A DNA stretch of 33,212 nucleotides. Origin: an uncultured Muribaculaceae bacterium. GTDB lineage: Bacteria > Bacillota_I > Bacilli_A > RF39 > UBA660. Under the pieces are notes generated by a model. That model was given only the letters and a program-made list of their open reading frames with translations, searched no databases and had not been told where the DNA came from. A program made the translations under genes and the position numbers. Each line of letters starts with the position of its first letter. Positions within the stretch are counted from its first letter, which is position 1. Of the stretch, positions 28,066 to 33,212 are shown piece by piece. The stretch spans positions 1 through 33,212 of the forward strand of contig CAYJHB010000001.1 of NCBI GenBank assembly GCA_964370105.1. Reading direction: 5' to 3'.

Positions 28066-29880
28066 ATGAATAGTTCAAATATAGGAGCTATATATGCATT
28101 CCTATTTAATTTAATTGTACTAATCGCATACTTTTCTAAAAAAAGAGTTAACACAAAAGAGACAACACTTTATAAGTGGCTTTTGATTACTTCATTATCT
28201 GGAACTATTTTAAGCATAAGTTCATATTATGTTCTAACATCAGTGACAACTATAACTGATATAGTAACACTTGCGCCAAAAATATATTTATTTAATTTGT
28301 TAATATGGGGAACCTTATTTACAATGTATATGACAAGTGTAGCTATTCCAAATAATAAACAAACATCTTTAAAATTATATAATACTTTTTTTGTGATAAT
28401 AGGAGCAGTAGCAGCAGTGTTATTATTTGTTTTGCCGCTTGACATTGTCAGCAATGGTAGTAGAGTATACACAACAGGATGGAGTCAAAATGTATTATAT
28501 GTACTAGTTATTATTAATGCCATAATTGTGTTGATATTGATAGTGATTAATTTCAAAAAAATACCATTAAAAAAAATATTGCCAATTTTAACTTTTGTTG
28601 TAATAAGTTTGCTAGTATTCTTTGTTCAATATCAAAATCCAAGTTTGTTTTTAATAACTATTAGTATTACATTAAATACAACATTAATGTATCACACCAT
28701 TGAAAACCCTGATGTCAAAATGATTAATAAATTAGAAGTTGCTAAAGCACAAGCAGAAAAAGCTAATAATGCTAAAAGTGATTTCTTATCGAGTATGTCA
28801 CATGAGATAAGAACTCCTCTAAATGCAATTGTAGGGTTAAGTGAATATGTAAATAGTAAAGAGACTGTGCCAGAAGAAATAAAAGGTGATTTACAAGACA
28901 TTGTTAATGCATCTAGTACACTACTAGAAATAGTAGGTAATATCTTAGATATTAATAAAATTGAAAGTGAAAAAATGGAAATCACTAATGTTACTTATAA
29001 CTTTAAAGAAGAACTAAGAAAAATTGCTAAGATGAATAAAACAAGAGTTTCTGATAAAGGCTTGGTATTAAATATCACAATAGCAAAAGATATTCCGTAT
29101 GAGTTAATAGGTGATAAAGTTCATGTTAAGTCTATTATTAACAACTTATTATCTAATGCTATTAAATATACTGAAAAAGGTGAAATAACGATTAATGTTA
29201 ACTGTATTAATCAAAATAACATATGTACTCTAATAATATCAGTAAGAGATACAGGGCGTGGTATAAAAGCAGATTCTATTAATAAGCTATTCGAAAAATT
29301 TGAACGACTAGACATAGAAAAAAACAGTACTACAGAAGGAACAGGATTAGGCCTAGCAATAACTAAAAAAATAGTGGAATTAATGGGTGGTAAGATAAAT
29401 GCCCAAAGCCAATATGGACAAGGAAGTATATTTGTGGTTCATTTGCCACAAACAATTTCCAAATTAGAAAGTGATAATATTGAGGAAATATCAAATGAAA
29501 CACCAATTCTAAATAACCAAGGAAAGAAAATCTTAATAGTAGATGATAATAATTTAAATATTAAAGTTGCTAAAAAACTATTGGAAGGGACTAACTGTAT
29601 AATAGAAGAGTGCACAACTGGAGAAGAATGTTTAACAAAAACAAAAGACAATAGTTATGATCTGATTCTTCTAGATATAATGATGCCTAAGATGAGTGGA
29701 GAAGAAGTATTAAAAAAATTAAAAGAAAATAATGATTTTAATACACCAGTAGTAGCATTAACCGCCGATGCTGTCTTAGGAGCTAAAAACAAATATATAG
29801 AAGAAGGATTTACTAACTATTTAGCAAAACCATTCAATAAAGAACAAATTACCAATCTTGTTAATACTATTTTAAAATAG
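28066..29880 (+). CDS. Hybrid sensor histidine kinase: polytopic membrane sensor, HisKA, HATPase_c and a C-terminal receiver domain
   Basis: About 6-7 TM segments in the first 210 aa. H-box SHEIRTPLNAI (His codon 28801-28803), N-box NLLSNAIKYT, G1 DTGRGI, G2 GTGLGLAI. The receiver has ILIVDDN, LILLDIMMP (Asp codon 29674-29676), ALTADA and AKP. Confidence 0.92.
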   Translation: MNSSNIGAIYAFLFNLIVLIAYFSKKRVNTKETTLYKWLLITSLSGTILSISSYYVLTSVTTITDIVTLAPKIYLFNLLIWGTLFTMYMTSVAIPNNKQTSLKLYNTFFVIIGAVAAVLLFVLPLDIVSNGSRVYTTGWSQNVLYVLVIINAIIVLILIVINFKKIPLKKILPILTFVVISLLVFFVQYQNPSLFLITISITLNTTLMYHTIENPDVKMINKLEVAKAQAEKANNAKSDFLSSMSHEIRTPLNAIVGLSEYVNSKETVPEEIKGDLQDIVNASSTLLEIVGNILDINKIESEKMEITNVTYNFKEELRKIAKMNKTRVSDKGLVLNITIAKDIPYELIGDKVHVKSIINNLLSNAIKYTEKGEITINVNCINQNNICTLIISVRDTGRGIKADSINKLFEKFERLDIEKNSTTEGTGLGLAITKKIVELMGGKINAQSQYGQGSIFVVHLPQTISKLESDNIEEISNETPILNNQGKKILIVDDNNLNIKVAKKLLEGTNCIIEECTTGEECLTKTKDNSYDLILLDIMMPKMSGEEVLKKLKENNDFNTPVVALTADAVLGAKNKYIEEGFTNYLAKPFNKEQITNLVNTILK

Positions 29881-29898
29881 AGATTAAATCTCTTTTTT
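29879..29898 (+). terminator. Rho-independent terminator after the hybrid kinase
   Basis: AGAGAT (29879-29884), TAA loop, ATCTCT (29888-29893), then TTTTT. The stem is short but is followed by a clean T-run. Confidence 0.6.
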
Positions 29899-29948
29899 AT
29901 TTGTATAAAATAAACTCTTATTACATATTTTTTTATAGGAGTGATTAA

Positions 29949-31106
29949 ATGAAATATTTAAAGCTATTACTAATAGGATTGCTATTACCAATTAATATTA
30001 ATGCTGAGGAAGTAGAGACACCCACTGATTACTTAGAAAATGCTAATACAGGTGTTTTGATAGAAGCAACTACAAAAGAAGTATTATTTGATAAAAATAT
30101 GCATGAACAAGTATCAGTAGCATCCCTAACTAAAATGGTTGGATTGATAATTATTATGGAACAACTAGAAGAAGGTAAAATAAGTCTTACAGATGAAGTG
30201 ACAATTAGTAGTAATGCATCAGGTATGGGCGGAACACAAATATTCTTATCAACCGGTGAAATAATGAGTTTAGAAGATTTAATTAAAGGAATTGTTATGG
30301 CTAGTGCAAATGACGCTATTGTCGCAGCTGGAGAATATATCGCAGGTACTGAAGAAGAATTTGTTAAGTTAATGAATGAAAAAGTAAACGAACTAGGATT
30401 AGAAAATACTAATTTTAAAAATAGCACAGGATTTGATGAAGAAGGACATTACTCAAGCGCATATGATATGGCAATTATTGCTAGTGAATTAGTAAAACAT
30501 GAAGATATACTCAAATATTCATCTATATATGAAGATTATTTAAGAGAAGATACTGAAAATAAATTTTGGCTTGTAAACACCAATAAACTAGTAAGATTTT
30601 ATGATGGTGCAGACGGACTAAAAACAGGGTATACAGATGATGCCTTATCTACTATGGCAGCAACTGCTAAAAAAGATGATATGAGGCTAATAGCTATTAC
30701 ATTAGGATATGAAAACTCAACAACTAGAAATGAAGAAACAATAGATCTTTTAGATTATGGTTTTAATAATTATAAAGTAACAACTATAAAAAAACAAACA
30801 GATATTGTAGATAAAGTTAATCTAACTAAAAGTAATCAATTAATTGAAGTTGTTCCTATCTATGATGTACAAGTTTTAACTAAAAAAAATGAAACTGAGA
30901 AAAACTATGAAACAAAAGTTAAAATATATGAGTTACAACTTCCCATAAAACCAAATGATATCATTGGTAAAATGACTATTTATGATGAAGGAAATATCGT
31001 CAATGAAGTCGATTTAACAGTAACTAAAGAAATAAAAAAAGTAGGTTACTTTGAACTGTTATTTAATACCATCAAAGATATAATAAGTGGAACTATTAAA
31101 TTATAG
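29949..31106 (+). CDS. dacF: D-alanyl-D-alanine carboxypeptidase (S11, PBP5 type), at the dacF position upstream of spoIIAA
   Basis: Signal peptide, then SVASLTKM (SxxK), ASAND (SxN) and KTGYT (KTG), plus a C-terminal beta-sandwich domain. SD AGGAG is present. The symbol rests on synteny with B. subtilis dacF-spoIIA, so dacA/dacB-type paralogy cannot be excluded. Confidence 0.85.
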   Translation: MKYLKLLLIGLLLPININAEEVETPTDYLENANTGVLIEATTKEVLFDKNMHEQVSVASLTKMVGLIIIMEQLEEGKISLTDEVTISSNASGMGGTQIFLSTGEIMSLEDLIKGIVMASANDAIVAAGEYIAGTEEEFVKLMNEKVNELGLENTNFKNSTGFDEEGHYSSAYDMAIIASELVKHEDILKYSSIYEDYLREDTENKFWLVNTNKLVRFYDGADGLKTGYTDDALSTMAATAKKDDMRLIAITLGYENSTTRNEETIDLLDYGFNNYKVTTIKKQTDIVDKVNLTKSNQLIEVVPIYDVQVLTKKNETEKNYETKVKIYELQLPIKPNDIIGKMTIYDEGNIVNEVDLTVTKEIKKVGYFELLFNTIKDIISGTIKL

Positions 31107-31114
31107 TTCCTTTT
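31089..31114 (+). terminator. Rho-independent terminator after dacF
   Basis: GGAACTAT (31089-31096), 6-nt loop, ATAGTTCC (31103-31110), then TTTT. It includes the TAG stop. Confidence 0.75.
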
Positions 31115-31115
31115 A

Positions 31116-31134
31116 TTCGACATACTTCGACATA
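31116..31134 (-). promoter_or_regulatory. Two tandem Spo0A boxes (TGTCGAA read on the - strand), 10-bp phased
   Basis: TTCGACAta-c-TTCGACAta: TTCGACA at 31116-31122 and 31126-31132, which is the reverse complement of the 0A-box consensus TGNCGAA. The boxes are separated by a 3-bp spacer. Confidence 0.6.
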
Positions 31135-31192
31135 AACAAAAGATATACTTTACACATACTTAGTTAAATAAAAGAAAAAGAAAATAAACATT

Positions 31193-31199
31193 TGTCGAA
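31193..31199 (+). promoter_or_regulatory. Third Spo0A box (TGTCGAA, + orientation) upstream of spoIIAA
   Basis: Perfect TGTCGAA at 31193-31199, 53 nt upstream of the spoIIAA ATG. Confidence 0.55.
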
Positions 31200-31251
31200 T
31201 AAGTATAAAAAGTAAACTTATTTAACTAAAATTTTATGTGAGGTGAAAAGT

Positions 31252-31596
31252 ATGTTAACAATTAATATGGAATTTAGAAAAGGAATTTTATTTCTTCGTT
31301 TAAATGGAAGTTTAAACAAAAAGAATGCTAAGTCCTTAAAAAACAAAGTTGATGAATTAGTCAAAGAGAAAGGAGTTAAATTTTTTGTTTATAATCTGTC
31401 TCATTTAGAAGAAATAGATGATTTAGGTATTAATACAATCAAAGATAATTATCAACAAATAAGTTGTGCTAAAGGAGAAATGGTCTTATGCGATATAAGT
31501 TCTTCTATTAAATTATGTATTAATGGAGACCATGTTTTAAAACATACAAACCAAATAGACGATGAGTTATCAGCTTTTCACAAAATAAAAATATAA
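31252..31596 (+). CDS. spoIIAA: STAS-domain anti-anti-sigma factor, SpoIIAA-like
   Basis: Aligns without gaps by eye to B. subtilis SpoIIAA: (V)xNLxxLxxxDxxGxxxI ... GEMVLCDIS versus IVLNLEDLSFMDSSGLGVIL ... GEMVVCAIS. SD GAGGTG lies 6 nt before ATG 31252, so the track start GTG 31243 is rejected. It lies directly upstream of a SigF-like gene. Confidence 0.85.
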   Translation: MLTINMEFRKGILFLRLNGSLNKKNAKSLKNKVDELVKEKGVKFFVYNLSHLEEIDDLGINTIKDNYQQISCAKGEMVLCDISSSIKLCINGDHVLKHTNQIDDELSAFHKIKI

Positions 31597-31607
31597 GGAA
31601 TGATAAA

Positions 31608-32273
31608 TTGACAAATGAACAAGTAGATTTAATAGTAGAACATGAAAAACTAATATATTCCATTATTTCAAAGTATAAAGGTTATTTTGATAAAGATGAT
31701 TTATATCAAGTAGGAGTAATAGGACTGTTAAATGCTAAAGAAAATTACAATAGTGGGTATAACACTAAATTCTCCACTTATGCCTATACTTATATCTTAG
31801 GAGAAATATCTAAGTATGTAAGAGAAGATAGAAGTATTAAAGTAAGCAAAGATATTCTAAAAAGAAGCAAATTAGTAGAAAGAACTAAAGAATTAATGAC
31901 ACAAAAGTTGATGAGAGAACCAACTATTTTAGAATTATCATTATATTTAGATTTAGATGAAATTAAAATAGAGGAGGCTATAAGTGCTAAAGAATATATT
32001 AAAAGCCTAGATAAAGAGACTAACGAAGAAGGTAAAGGAGTTAATTTATATGATTATGTCCAAGATAAGGAACAAGCATACAAACCAGAAGTAATGGACT
32101 TAAATACTATATTAAGTAGTTTAACTGAAGAAGAAAAAAACTTAATTAATATGCGCTACTATCAAGGATATACTCAACAAGAAACATCGCAAGAACTAGG
32201 AACATCACAAGTACAAATATCACGTAAAGAAAGTAAAATACTAAATAAAATAAAAGATAAAATGATTGCTTAA
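31608..32273 (+). CDS. sigF: Sporulation-type group-3 sigma-70 factor, SigF-like
   Basis: DLYQVGVIGLL (region 2), FSTYAYTYILGEISKYVREDRSIKVS (compare FSTYAVPMIIGEIQRFIRDDGTVKVS in B. subtilis SigF), and region 4 LGTSQVQISRKESKILNKIK (compare LGISQVQVSRLEKKILKQIK). The start is TTG with AAGGA upstream. In-frame ATG alternatives are absent. Confidence 0.85.
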   Translation: MTNEQVDLIVEHEKLIYSIISKYKGYFDKDDLYQVGVIGLLNAKENYNSGYNTKFSTYAYTYILGEISKYVREDRSIKVSKDILKRSKLVERTKELMTQKLMREPTILELSLYLDLDEIKIEEAISAKEYIKSLDKETNEEGKGVNLYDYVQDKEQAYKPEVMDLNTILSSLTEEEKNLINMRYYQGYTQQETSQELGTSQVQISRKESKILNKIKDKMIA

Positions 32274-32399
32274 ATTCCGTTGATAATCTAACAATGTCAA
32301 ATGTTTGTATTATAAAAATGACAACTACAAAACTAAAGAAAAAAAGAAAATGTAAATACAAATACTAGATTAATCAAATAAAACTTATAAATTAAAAAA

Positions 32400-32425
32400 A
32401 GATAAATAAATATATTTGTCTTTTT
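32400..32425. terminator. Possible weak, AT-rich bidirectional terminator between sigF and pflB
   Basis: AGATAAATA (32400-32408), 4-nt loop, TATTTGTCT (32413-32421) with one G-U pair. It is preceded by an A-run and followed by TTTT. There is only one G-C pair, so the call is weak. Confidence 0.3.
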
Positions 32426-32456
32426 GCATGTAACCATATTTTAAATATGAAAAGAG

Positions 32457-32465
32457 TGTTATAAT
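32457..32465 (+). promoter_or_regulatory. Extended -10 element upstream of pflB
   Basis: TGtTATAAT at 32457-32465, 19 nt upstream of ATG 32484 and its SD GAAGGTGAT. The -35 (TATTTT) is poor and the leader would be very short. Confidence 0.3.
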
Positions 32466-32483
32466 GAAATAGAAGGTGATAGT

Positions 32484-33212
32484 ATGAAAGGCTGGAAAAA
32501 TTTTGAAGAAGGTAGTTGGATAAGTAGCATTGATGTTAATGGATTTATCATTGCTAATTACCATGAATATGAAGGAGATCATAATTTTTTAAGTGCTCCG
32601 ACAAAAAAAACAAAAAAAATATGGGATACTTGTAAGAAACTCTTAAAAGAAGAATTAAAAAAAGGTGTCTTAGATGTTGAAACAAAACAAGTATCAGGCG
32701 TTAATAATTTTAAACCAGGATATATTGATAAGGAAAATGAAGTTATTTTCGGATTACAAACAGATGCTCCGTTAAAAAGAATAGTTAATCCTTATGGTGG
32801 AATAAGAATGGTTTATAATTCTCTAGATGCCTATGGTTATAAATTAGATAAAGATATAGAAGAACATTTCAATAAATATCGTAAGACACATAACCAAGGT
32901 GTATTTGATGCTTATACTCCAGAAATATTACAGGCAAGAAAAGTAGGTCTTTTAACAGGTCTTCCAGATGCCTATGGAAGAGGAAGAGTGATAGGTGATT
33001 ATCGTAGAATAGCTCTATATGGAATAGATTTTTTAGTAGAAAAGAAAAAAGAAGATTTAGAAGAAATAAAAGATATTAATGATAGATCAATTGAATTAAG
33101 AGAAAATATCTCAGAACAGATAAGAGCACTAATCGAAATAAAAGAAATGGCCTCTAGTTATGGCTTTGATATTAGTGAGGGAGCTACTAATGCTAAAGAA
33201 GCAGTACAGTGG
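32484..33212 (+). CDS. pflB: Pyruvate formate-lyase (formate C-acetyltransferase), 5' part; continues beyond the window
   Basis: My own translation reads [36 protein letters not shown]...[53 protein letters not shown]...NAKEAVQW. It is nearly colinear with E. coli PflB ([53 protein letters not shown]). The frame is open to the last base (243 codons). It is absent from the ORF track because no stop lies in the window. Confidence 0.93.
   Translation, partial: MKGWKNFEEGSWISSIDVNGFIIANYHEYEGDHNFLSAPTKKTKKIWDTCKKLLKEELKKGVLDVETKQVSGVNNFKPGYIDKENEVIFGLQTDAPLKRIVNPYGGIRMVYNSLDAYGYKLDKDIEEHFNKYRKTHNQGVFDAYTPEILQARKVGLLTGLPDAYGRGRVIGDYRRIALYGIDFLVEKKKEDLEEIKDINDRSIELRENISEQIRALIEIKEMASSYGFDISEGATNAKEAVQW

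Noticed and set aside
29901-29930. Possible forespore-type (sigma-F/G) promoter upstream of dacF: GTATA (29903-29907) … CATATTT (29924-29930).
   Set aside because: The spacing is 16 nt, shorter than I recall for sigma-G promoters, and the -10 mismatches the consensus. The same bases read equally well as a mediocre sigma-A promoter (TTGTAT-17-CATATT). I cannot discriminate between these from sequence alone.
31174-31200. Sigma-H-type core promoter for spoIIAA, using GTCGAAT (31194-31200) as the RnnGAAT -10.
   Set aside because: The best AGGA-like -35 candidate (AAAGAAAA, 31177-31184) has a mismatch in the GG and sits only 9 nt away, against an expected ~11-12 nt. I also could not find a convincing sigma-A core promoter between 31135 and 31251, so the core promoter is left uncalled.
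32294-32380. Small 28-codon + strand ORF (MSNVCIIKMTTTKLKKKENVNTNTRLIK) in the 210-nt sigF-pflB spacer.
   Set aside because: It has no Shine-Dalgarno sequence. Its composition simply mirrors A-rich intergenic DNA, and there is no motif or hydrophobic segment suggesting a functional micropeptide.
32146-32582. Minus-strand ORFs 32146-32361 and 32385-32582 around the sigF/pflB intergenic region.
   Set aside because: The first overlaps the 3' end of sigF antisense and is F/L/V low-complexity. The second is antisense to the pflB start and promoter region. The + strand pflB reading frame explains this DNA far better.

Overview
This is a low-GC, Firmicutes-type chromosomal segment. It uses the standard bacterial code: Trp is TGG, and TAA, TAG and one TGA act as stops. 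Transcription is almost entirely on the + strand, and only one gene (16289-17122) is on the - strand. Most of the window is conserved housekeeping in the Bacillus-like order pcrA - ligA - gatCAB, with tight or overlapping gene junctions and short AT-rich hairpin terminators. Gene content from left to right: the tail of a surface protein plus a sortase; a membrane protein; pcrA; a nucleotidyltransferase; ligA; gatCAB; a small membrane-anchored protein; a membrane GGDEF-like protein; a YihY-family protein; a stand-alone GlmU-type acetyltransferase domain; pdp; a CapA-like lipoprotein; an M15B carboxypeptidase (- strand); a 2550-aa cyclic beta-1,2-glucan-synthase-like gene overlapping pgi; an adenylate-forming enzyme; a hybrid histidine kinase; dacF - spoIIAA - sigF; and the 5' part of pflB, which is open at the window edge and absent from the ORF track. 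I found no CRISPR array, tRNA/rRNA gene, transposase, integrase, prophage or recognisable defence genes. The most unusual feature is the sporulation-type sigma-F locus. Its synteny (dacF-spoIIAA-sigF) and a cluster of three perfect Spo0A boxes are retained. However, the SpoIIAB anti-sigma kinase gene is missing from between spoIIAA and sigF, and the SpoIIAA phospho-serine is replaced by Asp. Secondary oddities are the giant Cgs-like synthase in a monoderm-type genome, a GlmU acetyltransferase domain encoded alone, a degenerate GGDEF motif (DGNEF), and a sortase with no Arg after the catalytic Cys. All homology calls come from motif recognition by eye and need database confirmation.
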